Notes: generated by a model from the letters alone, not told the origin. A DNA stretch of 64,000 nt from an uncultured Desulfarculus sp. (GCA_963665125.2 CAXXUK010000001.1:3488001-3552000); one strand, 5' to 3'; shown: positions 36,814 to 46,408, counted from the stretch's first letter. Made by a program: numbers and translations.

Positions 36814-38229
36814 CTACTTGGTCTGTTCCTTTTGCAGGCGGACCAGCTCTTCCCACAACTCGTCGACCTTCTTTTGGGTCTGCTCCAGGCTGCCGCCGTT
36901 ATCGATGACAAAGTCGCCGTAGCCCACCTTTTCATCAATTGGCAATTGACTGGCGATTATGCGCTTGGCTTCTTCCTCGCCGATGCTGTCGCGTTTCATC
37001 AACCGCCTGGTCAGCTCTTCCTGGCTGATATAGACCACCAGGAGCTTGTGGAACATGTGCTGCATGTTCAGCTCGATCATCAGCGGCACCACTATGAGCA
37101 CTATGGCGTTGGGGTCGGCCTTGGTGATGGCCTCCAACTGGGCGATGAACTCCAGGGCGATCTGCGGGTGAATGAAGCTCTCGAGCTTCTTGCGCTTGAC
37201 CATGTCCCGGAACACGATGTCGGACAGCTTTTGCCGATCCAGGGTCTTGTCGTCCTGCAAGACCTGCTTGCCAAAGAACTCGACGATCTGCTCATAGGCC
37301 GGTTTGCCCGGTTCGACGACCTCATGGCTAATGGCGTCGAAATCGATCTGGTAGGCGCCCTTTTCGATGAGCATGTTGGTGACGGTGGTCTTGCCGCAGG
37401 CGATGGTGCCGGTGACGCCCACCAGCAGGCGGTTGTCTTCGCCGCGCACGGCCCGGATCTGGTCTAGGCCGCCGTAGGCGCCGGGGAAGGTGCTGGTCAG
37501 GTCCTGCTCGGCCCCGGAGAAGCTTATGGGGTAGCGGATGCCCCGGCGGTACAGGGTCTCCAGGCCGCGCAGGGCCTTGTCCATGTAGCCCACGGGCAGG
37601 GCCATGACCAACTCGTCGTCCTGGGCGTGGCCGTAACGCCGCTCGCCGTAACAGGGGATGGTCAGGGCCGGTTTGCCGGTGTTGTAGCAGCGGCCTATGG
37701 CGTCGGAACACGACGACTCGCCCACGCAGAAGAACTGCATGACCTCGTAGTCTTCAAACTGCAAGGCGTTGATTAAAAGCATCATCTGAGCCGGATTGGC
37801 GTATATCAGCACGATATCCGGTTCAAAGGGATTGTAGACCAGGGGGGCCAGGGCCACCGCCTCGTACTTGCCCAAGGGCAGCCGGGGGATGGATTCTTCG
37901 TACCTCTTGCCGTCTTCCTTGGTCCTTGTCCAGACAATGGAACGGAATGTGCCGTCCTTGAATTCAGGCGGCGAATCCGAAAGACCTATGATCGATGGGC
38001 ACACCGGCCCCAGGAAATCACCCAACTCGGCGCCCACTGTCCAGTCCGCCCCCCTGACCAGGGTGATAAGCTGGCACAGGGTTTTTTGGTGATCAGCCCG
38101 GCGCATGAACGGAATTTCATCCAACTGGGCCTTGTCTTCAAGCATCTTGAAGGCAACCGGGAATGATTTCAGCCGCATCAACAGTTCCATGCGTCTGATA
38201 ACGGGCTCCCAGTTTCTTGTGGCTTGCAT
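36814..38229 (-). CDS. coaE: DUF169 - dephospho-CoA kinase fusion
   Basis: N-terminal PVAFK, LCQ, PDIVLIYANPAQMM, SSCS, PCYGER (DUF169-like); C-terminal GVTGTIACGKTT, LDRQKL, LESFIHP, VPLMIE, SQLPIDEK, IDNGG (CoaE). Confidence 0.85.
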   Translation of the reverse strand: MQATRNWEPVIRRMELLMRLKSFPVAFKMLEDKAQLDEIPFMRRADHQKTLCQLITLVRGADWTVGAELGDFLGPVCPSIIGLSDSPPEFKDGTFRSIVWTRTKEDGKRYEESIPRLPLGKYEAVALAPLVYNPFEPDIVLIYANPAQMMLLINALQFEDYEVMQFFCVGESSCSDAIGRCYNTGKPALTIPCYGERRYGHAQDDELVMALPVGYMDKALRGLETLYRRGIRYPISFSGAEQDLTSTFPGAYGGLDQIRAVRGEDNRLLVGVTGTIACGKTTVTNMLIEKGAYQIDFDAISHEVVEPGKPAYEQIVEFFGKQVLQDDKTLDRQKLSDIVFRDMVKRKKLESFIHPQIALEFIAQLEAITKADPNAIVLIVVPLMIELNMQHMFHKLLVVYISQEELTRRLMKRDSIGEEEAKRIIASQLPIDEKVGYGDFVIDNGGSLEQTQKKVDELWEELVRLQKEQTK

Positions 38230-38240
38230 TTAACGAACTC

Positions 38241-39383
38241 CTAATCCCGGAACCGCACTGGGTGGTAGTTTCCTTGTCGCAGGGCTTGCACCAGGTCGGC
38301 CTCGCTTTTTATATCTACTGTAAATTCAGTGGCATAACAGCCAATCGTTCCCATTTCATGGCAGTCGCTGCCGCCCAGGCCCGGCAGGCCCAGGGCCTCG
38401 GCGACCCGGCCGGAAAAGCCGTTCTCGTCGGGAGTGACCTTGCCGTTTAAGACCTCTATGGCGTCGACGTGCTTGAACATCTCCCGCTCGGCCGCCTGCT
38501 CCACGCTCAGGCCCATCTGCTCCACGCCGGTGATCAAAAAGCCCCGGAAGGGGTGGGCCATGGCCATGAAGCCGCCGGCGGCCTCCACTTGGGCCCGCAG
38601 GTCGGCCAGTTTGGTCACGCCTTTGATGTCCTTTTCCAGGCCGTAGACCAATACATCGCCCTGGTCGGTGATGACCTCGTTGCCACGCAGGACCAGGAAA
38701 TCGTGCTCCCGACCCAGGCGCTCGATATCCTCGGCGCTCCAGACGTGATTGTGATCCGTGATGACCAGGCCGCTCAGGCCGATACGCTTGGCCTCGGCGA
38801 TGAGGTCTTCGATTGCCGCTCCGGCGCAGGGCGAGGCCGGGGAGGTATGCACGTGCATGTCGATGACCATGCCCCCGGTGGGCCTGGGGGCATCGGCCAG
38901 GGGCGGATGACTGACCGGCGTGGCGGCGGAGGCGGCTTGGGCCTTGGCCGTCGCGGCGGGAGCGGAAACGCCCGGCTGCCAGTTTTTGATAAAGCTCTCC
39001 AGGCTCAGGTCGGGGTCCTGTTCCTTGGCCTCCTGATATTCGATGGCCATCTTGGCGTTCTTGGCCGCATGGGCCATCTCGATCAGCAGGTTGGCGAAGT
39101 GGCGGCAGGCCCCCCGGCCGATGACCTTGGCCACGTCGGCCCGGAAACCGGGCGCCAGGCGCATGCCCACGGCGGGCTGCAACTTGTCCAGGGCCCTGGG
39201 GCATTCGGGCGTGGTCCAGCGGTGCCACTGGCCGCTGATGGACAAAATCTCCAGTTCGTCCTGACTGAAGACCACCTCCATGTCCAGGCCGTACAGGTCG
39301 TCATCCAGGGTGCCGAAGGCCGACAGTCTGTTGGGGGCGCTGCGGTCGACGCTCATTACTTTGTTGCGCATGAATTTAAGCAT
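38241..39383 (-). CDS. DUF2889-like domain fused to a PHP phosphoesterase domain
   Basis: N-terminal TPECP...ACRHFANLL; linker; IDMHVHT, ITDHN, AHPFR, IEVLNG, GGSDCH. Confidence 0.8.
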   Translation of the reverse strand: MLKFMRNKVMSVDRSAPNRLSAFGTLDDDLYGLDMEVVFSQDELEILSISGQWHRWTTPECPRALDKLQPAVGMRLAPGFRADVAKVIGRGACRHFANLLIEMAHAAKNAKMAIEYQEAKEQDPDLSLESFIKNWQPGVSAPAATAKAQAASAATPVSHPPLADAPRPTGGMVIDMHVHTSPASPCAGAAIEDLIAEAKRIGLSGLVITDHNHVWSAEDIERLGREHDFLVLRGNEVITDQGDVLVYGLEKDIKGVTKLADLRAQVEAAGGFMAMAHPFRGFLITGVEQMGLSVEQAAEREMFKHVDAIEVLNGKVTPDENGFSGRVAEALGLPGLGGSDCHEMGTIGCYATEFTVDIKSEADLVQALRQGNYHPVRFRD

Positions 39384-39394
39384 GGGGCATCTCC

Positions 39395-39898
39395 CTAGTT
39401 GTTGTCCAAGACGCCCCGGACCATGGGCGAGTCGGCGTCATAGGCGGCGCAGCGGCCGATAAGCCGGGTGTTTGCCTTGGCCATGTCCTGGAAAAGCTCG
39501 TGCGGCAGGTCGTCCTCGGTGGGGGCCATGGCCGACATCTCCTTGGTGCCGGAAAGAATCACGCCGTGGCAGGCCTCCTCGACCATGAACAATAGCTGGC
39601 TGTCGGCCACGTCTTCTCCGGCCAGGCCCTTGAAGATCTTGGTCATGCCCGGCCCCACCCGGACTCCGGCCAATTGGGGCAGCCGCTCCAGGGCAATGTA
39701 TTCCACGGGATCGAAACAGCGTTCTATGCTGCCGCCGACCTTGGTTATCTCCATATCAGGCAGTTTGACTATCACCTCCACGCGCATTTCGCAGAAAGTG
39801 TCGTTGAGGCGGCAGACATTGCGCAGGCTGCCGTCTTCCAGGGGCTCCACGGTGGTGGCGCGGGATCTGGAAAATTTGAATCGCTTGGCGTTTGGCAT
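39395..39898 (-). CDS. DUF2889-like protein
   Basis: FSRSR, LNDTFCEM, GVRVGPGMTK and RCAAY fit the DUF2889 pattern. Confidence 0.65.
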   Translation of the reverse strand: MPNAKRFKFSRSRATTVEPLEDGSLRNVCRLNDTFCEMRVEVIVKLPDMEITKVGGSIERCFDPVEYIALERLPQLAGVRVGPGMTKIFKGLAGEDVADSQLLFMVEEACHGVILSGTKEMSAMAPTEDDLPHELFQDMAKANTRLIGRCAAYDADSPMVRGVLDNN

Positions 39899-39966
39899 AC
39901 TTTTTGGGCCTTTCCTTCATTATCTCCGGCATTTGATCATTGCTGATAATTTCATGAATGACCGGC

Positions 39967-41508
39967 CTAATCCAGGAATTTTGTCATGACCTGGCGCAGT
40001 TCCTTTTTGGCGATTTTGCCGATAAGCGAACGGGGCACGTCTTCCTCGATGATGATTTTGCGGGGCCGCTTGTAGCCGGACAGGCCTTTCTTGCAGTATT
40101 CATCAAGCTCTTCAATAGTCAGCTGCTTGCCCGGTTCGGGAATGACAAAGGCCACGCCCACTTCGCCCCAAACCGGATCGGGAATCTCCACCACGGCCGA
40201 GGTGTTCACGCCGGGGTAGCGGTTGAGGAAAGACTCTATCTCCAGGGGATAGACGTTGTAGCCTCCGCTGATGTACATCTCCTTGATGCGGCCCACGAAA
40301 TGCAGATAGCCTCGCTCGTCCAGCGAGCCCAGGTCGCCGGTGCGCAGCCAGCCGTCCACGAAGGTGCTCTTGTCGTCCTCGGGGTCCATGTAGCCCTTGA
40401 TCACACTGTGGCCCCTGACCCACATTTCGCCCACGCCGCCCATGGGAAGCTCTTCCCCGCCGGGCCCCATGATCTTCATCTCCAGACCCGGTGCGGGCTT
40501 GCCCTCGGTCTGCTCCACCGTTTCGTCCGTGTCTTCCAGGGTGGTGAAGGTGAAGAAGCCCGTGGTCTCGCTCATGCCCCATGAGGCCACGATCTTGGCC
40601 TTGGGGAAGGCCGCGTTGATCTGGCGGATCAATTCCGGGGTGGAGGGCTCGCCGGAGACGACGATGCAGCGCACACTGGAGAGGTCCACCTTGGAAGAAT
40701 CGGCGTTCTTGAGGATCAGGCGGTACATGGTGGGCACGCCGCCGGTGTAGGTGATGTTGTACTTCTGGATCAGCTCCAGGGTCTCCTGGGGGTCGAACTT
40801 GGGGGTGACGATACCCGTGGCTCCGCCGTAAAACTGAGCGGCCAGGATGTCGTGGGTGCCCGCCACATGGCTGGTGGGCATGTTGCACAGCACCGTGTCC
40901 TGGCGGGTGATATCCCACACCTCGCAGGTGTCCCTGGCCATGCCCCAGGAGTTGGCATGGCTGATCACCGCGCCCTTGGGCCTGCCGGTGGTGCCGCTGG
41001 TGAAGATGACGATGAGCGGATCGTCGCCCGAAGGCTGTTGGTCCGCGGGCACCTGGGCCGGCTCGGCCTCCAACAGCGCCTCGTAGGGCTTGGCCCCTTC
41101 CAGTTGGCCGAAATAGGAATAAACCGCTTCGAATTTGTACAGCTTCAAAAGGCCTTGCACCTCGGCCTTGATCTCTTCGGGGAAGGCCAGGCCAACCAGA
41201 ATGCGCGGCGAGGTGCGCTGGCAGAGGTCGTTCATCTCGCCGGCCTTGAAGCGCGGGTCAAGGGGGATGACCACCAGGCCCAGCTTGGCCGCGGCCATGT
41301 ACATGGTGGAAAAGGCCGGGGACTGGGGCAGCAGGGTGGCTATCTTGTCGCCCTTTTTCAGGCCCAGGGCCATCAGCGAGCCAACAACGCGGTCGATCTG
41401 CTCGTTGAACTGGGCCCACGTGGTGGGCTGGTCAAAGAATATATAGGCCGGCTGATCCGGTATCTCCTGGGCGTGTTTTTCGATTATCTTGCTGAACGGT
41501 CCTCGCAT
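39967..41508 (-). CDS. acyl-CoA synthetase (class I adenylate-forming enzyme)
   Basis: FTSGTTGRPKG, WGMSET, WLRTGD, SGGYNVYP, PRSLIGKI; start 41508 (alternative 41556). Confidence 0.93.
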   Translation of the reverse strand: MRGPFSKIIEKHAQEIPDQPAYIFFDQPTTWAQFNEQIDRVVGSLMALGLKKGDKIATLLPQSPAFSTMYMAAAKLGLVVIPLDPRFKAGEMNDLCQRTSPRILVGLAFPEEIKAEVQGLLKLYKFEAVYSYFGQLEGAKPYEALLEAEPAQVPADQQPSGDDPLIVIFTSGTTGRPKGAVISHANSWGMARDTCEVWDITRQDTVLCNMPTSHVAGTHDILAAQFYGGATGIVTPKFDPQETLELIQKYNITYTGGVPTMYRLILKNADSSKVDLSSVRCIVVSGEPSTPELIRQINAAFPKAKIVASWGMSETTGFFTFTTLEDTDETVEQTEGKPAPGLEMKIMGPGGEELPMGGVGEMWVRGHSVIKGYMDPEDDKSTFVDGWLRTGDLGSLDERGYLHFVGRIKEMYISGGYNVYPLEIESFLNRYPGVNTSAVVEIPDPVWGEVGVAFVIPEPGKQLTIEELDEYCKKGLSGYKRPRKIIIEEDVPRSLIGKIAKKELRQVMTKFLD

Positions 41509-41562
41509 TTTCACTCTCCCGTCATTGCCCCGGCGGTTGGGGCTGGTTGTTGCCATGGCGGC

Positions 41563-42522
41563 CTATACCTCGCCAAGCAGGCGGGCGGCGTTGCCGTAGA
41601 GCCACTTCTCCTTGACGCTTTCCTTCAAGGGCAGTTGGCGCACTCCATCGGCAAGCTGCTTGATGCTCTGGCCCATGAAGAGCCAGGTCGAACCAAAAAG
41701 AACCTTGTCCTGGATCACCGAGTTGCCCAGATTCAGCAGGGGCTCCCAGCCGCTGCCGGGCATGGCCAGATACTTGGGCAGATACGATGCGATATCCAGG
41801 TAAACGTTGGGGTTGCGCCAGGCCACGGCGCACATCTCGGCCACCCAGGGCCAGCCGCCGTGCCCGGCGATTATCTTCAGCTCCGGGAAATCCTGGGCCA
41901 CGATATCCAGGTAGGTGGGCCTTTCCACCTCCATGTTGTTGGTGGAGTAGTTGATGGACAGATGAAACCAGATGGGTATGCCCAGCTCCACGCAGGTGCT
42001 GTAGATGGGGTACATCTTGGCGTGGGTGGGCGGCATGCCCACGATGAACGGCCGCACGGCCACACCCCGCAGGCCCATGTCATAGCAGCGGCGGATCTCG
42101 CGCACCGCGTCCATGCCCTTGAGGGGGTCTATGCCCGCGAAGCCCACCAGGCGCTCCGGATAGGCCGCCACCAACTCGGCGTGGTAGTCGTTGGGCAGCC
42201 CCTTGATGCCGCCGGCGGTTTGCTCGTCCAGGTTGAAGATGACCGCCTTTTCCACGTCCATCTCGTCCATCTGCTCGATGAACGCGGCGGGTTTCATGGT
42301 TATGTGCTTGACCAGGGGGGCCAGCCTGCCGCGCAAGGCGTCCTGGTCAAGGGTGGTTTTCATTTGGTACAGCTCATCGGCGCTGATGCCCAATAGCGGC
42401 GCCACCCTGGGCCCGAAGACATCGCGCAGGTACACGGCCATCTGGGGCGGCAGCGAGGCCACCATGTCCACCATGACCTCGGGCGTGGGCATGTAGCAAA
42501 GGGCGTCGATTATGCGTCCCAC
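41563..42522 (-). CDS. amidohydrolase_2 family protein
   Basis: FAGIDP, YPIYSTCVELGIPIWFH, AGHGGWPW, NVYLDIA, KVLFGS, LYGNAARLL. Confidence 0.9.
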   Translation of the reverse strand: MGRIIDALCYMPTPEVMVDMVASLPPQMAVYLRDVFGPRVAPLLGISADELYQMKTTLDQDALRGRLAPLVKHITMKPAAFIEQMDEMDVEKAVIFNLDEQTAGGIKGLPNDYHAELVAAYPERLVGFAGIDPLKGMDAVREIRRCYDMGLRGVAVRPFIVGMPPTHAKMYPIYSTCVELGIPIWFHLSINYSTNNMEVERPTYLDIVAQDFPELKIIAGHGGWPWVAEMCAVAWRNPNVYLDIASYLPKYLAMPGSGWEPLLNLGNSVIQDKVLFGSTWLFMGQSIKQLADGVRQLPLKESVKEKWLYGNAARLLGEV

Positions 42523-44177
42523 TACTTGGCTACCTCCGCGTCACGTTCGCGCAGCACCCGCCGCAGCAACTTGCCGGTCTGGTTCTTGGGCAGTTCGCCG
42601 ATGAACTCAACCAGCTTGGGGGCCTTGTAGGCGGCCATCTTTTGCTTGCAAAAGGCCAGGATCTCCTGTTCGGAGACCTGGGCGTCGGGCTTGGGCACGA
42701 TAAAGGCCTTTACCGTCTCGCCGCGATAATCGTCGGGCACGCCCACAACCGCGGCCTCCAGCACGGCCGGATGCTGGTAGAGATAATTTTCCACTTCGGC
42801 CGGGGCGATGTTGTAGCCCGAGGCCACGATGAGGTCCTTGATCCGCTCCACAAAGAACAAGAAGCCGTCTTCGTCCATGTATCCGGCGTCGCCGGTGTAC
42901 CACCAGCCGTCATTTGTAAAGAGCTTGGCCGTCTCCTCGGGGTTTTGCCAATAGCCCTTGACGATGCCCTCGCCGCGCAGCACGAATTCGCCCTGCTGGC
43001 CCCGGGGCACGATGTTGCCCTCCATGTCGACGATCTTCAGTTCGCCGGTGCACACGCCCAGGGTTCCGCAGCCGGGCTTGTTTTTGTTGACCAGCTCCAC
43101 CGCGCCCGGCCCGCAGGCCGTTGATTCGGTGCAGCCGTAACCGGCGTAGAGGTAGGTGCCGACCTTTTCCCGCCACTGGTCCTGCAGGGCCGGGGGCACC
43201 GGCGCGCCGCTGGCCAGGGTGCGGCTGAGGCTCGACAGGTCGTATTCGCCGAATTTCGGGTGGTTCAACAGGCCGATATAGGCCGTGGGTGGGGCAAAGC
43301 CGAAGGTCAGTTTGAAGCGTTGGATCGTGTCCAGCATGTCTTCGGGGTCAAACATGGGAATGGGCGCGCAGGTGGCCCCGGCCATGATCGCGGGCATCAG
43401 GATCAGGGCCTGGCCGCCCACGTGGAACAGGGGGAACAGCAGGTAGAGCCTGTCCTTGTCCGTGACGGTCAGGCCGTCCACCACCAGACCGGCCGAGAAG
43501 TTGTAGTTGCAGTGGGTGATCATGGCGCCCTTGGGGAAACCGGTGGTGCCCGAGGTGTAGAGCAGGCAGGCCAGATCGTTTTCCGCGTCTATTTCCGGCT
43601 GGGGAACCGGCCCCTGATCCGCGTTGATTATCTCCATGAAATCCACCGCGCCTTCGGTCTCCTGCTTGGGCAGGGACAATAGCGGCGGAATCTTGGCCGT
43701 TGGCTCGCTGAAGTCCGTGGCGTGGATGGACACGACCTTGAGCATGCCCAGCTCCTTGGCAATGGGCATGACCATGGGCGCCAGCAGGTCCAGGCAGAAG
43801 ATGGCCTTGGCCCCGGACTGCTTGCAGATGTAGTTCACCTCCTGGTCCTTGAGCATGGCGTTGAACGGCACCATGGTGCAGCCCGCCTTGAGGATGCCGT
43901 AGATGGCGATGACGTGCTGGGTGCAGTTGGGCAGCATGGTGGCCACCCGGTCCCCCTTTTTCAAACCCAAAGAGGCCAGATAGGCGGCCACCCGGTCGCT
44001 GTATAGATCAAGGTCCGCGTAACTGGTGACATGGTGCAGGAAGATCAGGGCTTCCTTTGCCGGAGCGGCGGCGGCGGTCCTGCGCAGGAATTCATACACC
44101 GGAATTTTCTCGGTCTCCCGAACGGGTTTGGCCCCCCAGGTCTGGTCGTATTTTTGGTAAGAGAGATTGGCCGACAT
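42522..44177 (-). CDS. long-chain fatty acid--CoA ligase-like enzyme
   Basis: YTSGTTGFPKG, GYGCTE, WYTGD, SGYNIAP, PKNQTGK. Confidence 0.93.
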   Translation of the reverse strand: MSANLSYQKYDQTWGAKPVRETEKIPVYEFLRRTAAAAPAKEALIFLHHVTSYADLDLYSDRVAAYLASLGLKKGDRVATMLPNCTQHVIAIYGILKAGCTMVPFNAMLKDQEVNYICKQSGAKAIFCLDLLAPMVMPIAKELGMLKVVSIHATDFSEPTAKIPPLLSLPKQETEGAVDFMEIINADQGPVPQPEIDAENDLACLLYTSGTTGFPKGAMITHCNYNFSAGLVVDGLTVTDKDRLYLLFPLFHVGGQALILMPAIMAGATCAPIPMFDPEDMLDTIQRFKLTFGFAPPTAYIGLLNHPKFGEYDLSSLSRTLASGAPVPPALQDQWREKVGTYLYAGYGCTESTACGPGAVELVNKNKPGCGTLGVCTGELKIVDMEGNIVPRGQQGEFVLRGEGIVKGYWQNPEETAKLFTNDGWWYTGDAGYMDEDGFLFFVERIKDLIVASGYNIAPAEVENYLYQHPAVLEAAVVGVPDDYRGETVKAFIVPKPDAQVSEQEILAFCKQKMAAYKAPKLVEFIGELPKNQTGKLLRRVLRERDAEVAK

Positions 44178-44198
44178 CGATACACCCCTGATTAAAAA

Positions 44199-44254
44199 TG
44201 AAACAATGTTTTCTTTGATTATCATTTGTAAAACATTGTTTCAATTAATGTCAA
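44199..44254 (-). promoter_or_regulatory. operon promoter with two candidate TetR operators
   Basis: TGAAACAATGTTTT (44199-44212) and its inverse AAAACATTGTTTCA (44230-44243); minus-strand TTGACA at 44249-44254. Confidence 0.75.
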
Positions 44255-44311
44255 CACAAAATCCCGCCCGCGTTGGTCGCAATGACCTAACCGACAATCA
44301 ACCCGATGGAA

Positions 44312-44941
44312 TTAAAGGAATATTTTTTCAGGAACCGGGAGGGAAACCGCTTTCCAGAACAGAGGGAAAAAGAAGTCCATAGTGTCGACAAGCTTCCATT
44401 TCCGGCCCCGGTAGTACCAGATGGAAACCTCCCGCTGCATGTGCATGAAAAAAAGGCCGGTTATCTGGGCGTCCTCGATGTCCGGGTCCAGCTCTCCCTT
44501 TTGACGGCCGTCGTTGGAGATGCGCTGGAGCATTTCGTGGACGTCATAGCGGGCGTAGGACTCGCGCTGCATCCAGGTGCGGGTGGGCACGGTGATGAAA
44601 AAGGTGATGGCCAGGCCGGGGTTACGGTCGTAGTAATCCATGGAGACCCAAAAGGCCTTGCGAAAACGCTCCCGGGTGCTCTCCAGGCCTTGGTCGTGCA
44701 TGACCGTCAAGGCCTTGAGTTCATCGATCTTTTCCTCAAGGATGTCCAGGATCATTTCTTCTTTTGAATGGAAATACTTGTAGATGGTGCCGGTGCTCAT
44801 GCCCGACGCCTTGCTGATGCCGCGGATGTTTACCTGGTGGAAGTCGTTCTGGGCGAAAAAGTCCAGGACTATGGGGTAAAGCCGGTCTTTTATTTTTTGT
44901 GGTATCTCTGGGCGTTGCACGGCGTTTTTATCTGTGAACAC
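44312..44941 (-). CDS. TetR/AcrR family transcriptional regulator
   Basis: FHQVNIRGISKASGMSTGTIYKYFHSKEEM HTH. Confidence 0.93.
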   Translation of the reverse strand: MFTDKNAVQRPEIPQKIKDRLYPIVLDFFAQNDFHQVNIRGISKASGMSTGTIYKYFHSKEEMILDILEEKIDELKALTVMHDQGLESTRERFRKAFWVSMDYYDRNPGLAITFFITVPTRTWMQRESYARYDVHEMLQRISNDGRQKGELDPDIEDAQITGLFFMHMQREVSIWYYRGRKWKLVDTMDFFFPLFWKAVSLPVPEKIFL

Positions 44942-44977
44942 GTTTTACCATCCGCGCTTACAATACGGGTATAAATT

Positions 44978-45021
44978 AAAACATTGTTTTTGATCGTAAG
45001 TCTGTGCTGTGGGCCTGTCAA
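44978..45021 (-). promoter_or_regulatory. sigma-70 promoter of tetR with candidate autoregulatory operator
   Basis: Minus-strand TTGACA-17-TACGAT followed closely by the palindrome AAAACA-N-TGTTTT (44978-44990). Confidence 0.75.
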
Positions 45022-45244
45022 GACAAATGATTCAAGGGGTCTGGCCAGTTTTCACCTTGAGGGAACTTATATTATCAGTTGATTTTATTTGGCTTTTATA
45101 CTTGGAAAAGGCCGCAAGCAATGGATTCACTTAATACTTGAGGAAATCTATTTAACATGCTGTTATTACGTCATTAACACAAGGTGAAACCGGCTCGCAT
45201 TATCGGCAGTGAACTTGTTTGGGTATAGTGCCGTAACGGGCCTC

Positions 45245-45840
45245 CTGGAAAAGCTATTTTTACCTGGGGGAAGTGGGGCCCCCCTTTCGACAAAGGTGGT
45301 CCCCGGCTCCCCCCAGACCCCGCCTCCCCCCTCCAAATGACGTTGCTTCGAGTTGAGTCTGAGGTTCTCTGGGATCTGCCGGAATGTGTAGATATTCAGT
45401 GCGCGTTGGCGAATGAACGCACCCATCTCAGGCAGGATTACGCTATGAAATCGGCGTGTGGGTCGTGCCTGACGGTTGATGTGGGGCCGGTTGGCTAGGA
45501 CCATGCGCACCAGCAACACCACTACTTTACAGATAGGCTGGCCGACGGCCAGCCCGGCGCAGCGCGAAGCCATGCGCCGTGAGCCCCGGATCGGACTTGC
45601 TCCGTCCGGGGCGTTGTTCCTTTGCCCAAGGACGGGCGAAGGAACAAGAAAATAGCCGAGCCGACCCGGCGCGGCGCGAAGCCACGCGCCGTAAGCCCTG
45701 AATCGAATTTACTTCGTTCGGGGCGTTGCTCCTCGGGCCAGGGACGGGCCGAGGAACAGGAGATAGGCACCGGCGAACTTTTGATATTGCTCAAAAGCGA
45801 AGAATCCCCTCTGGCCGCCGGAGGCACAATGTCGGGGCAA
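45245..45840. repeat. copy 2 of the structured non-coding element
   Basis: Same 5' and 3' modules as 9331-9862; contains two ~103-bp three-hairpin units. Confidence 0.92.
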
Positions 45841-45880
45841 AAGCACTTCATTTTTGCAACTCCGCGCCGATTCATGCTTC

Positions 45881-46408
45881 CTGGAAAGACCATTTTTACC
45901 TGGGGGAAGTGGGGACCCCCTTTCGACAAAGGTGGTCCCCGGCTCCCCCCAGACCCCGCCTCCCCCCTCCAAATGACGTTGCCTCGAGTTGAGTCTGAGG
46001 TTCTCTGGGATATGCAGGAATGTGTAGCTATTCAGTGCGCGTTGGCGTGTGGAAGCGATCGTCTCAGGCAGGATTACGCTATGAAATCGGCGTGTGGGTC
46101 GTGCCTGACGGTTGATGTGGGGCCGGTTGGCTAGGACCATGCGCACCAGCAACACCACTACTTTACAGATAGGCTGGCCATGGACGGCCAGCCCGGCGCA
46201 GCGCGAAGCCATGCGCCGTGAGCCCCGGATCGGACTTGCTCCGTCCGGGGCGTTGTTCCTTTGCCCAAGGACGGGCGAAGGAACAAGAAAATAGCCGAGC
46301 CAGCCCGGCGCGGCGCGATAGCTACGCGCCGTAAGCCCCGGATCCGGACTTGCTCCGTCCGGGGCGTTGTTCCTTTGCCCAAGTACGGGCGAAGGAACAA
46401 GAAAATAG
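45881..46408. repeat. copy 3 of the element (tandem, 636-bp offset, lacks the 3' module)
   Basis: Near-identical to copy 2 over more than 400 bp; ends after the second internal unit. Confidence 0.92.

Noticed and set aside
45553..46408. CRISPR array
   Set aside because: Units are ~103 bp with ~9-bp linkers and no unique spacers; no cas genes in the window.
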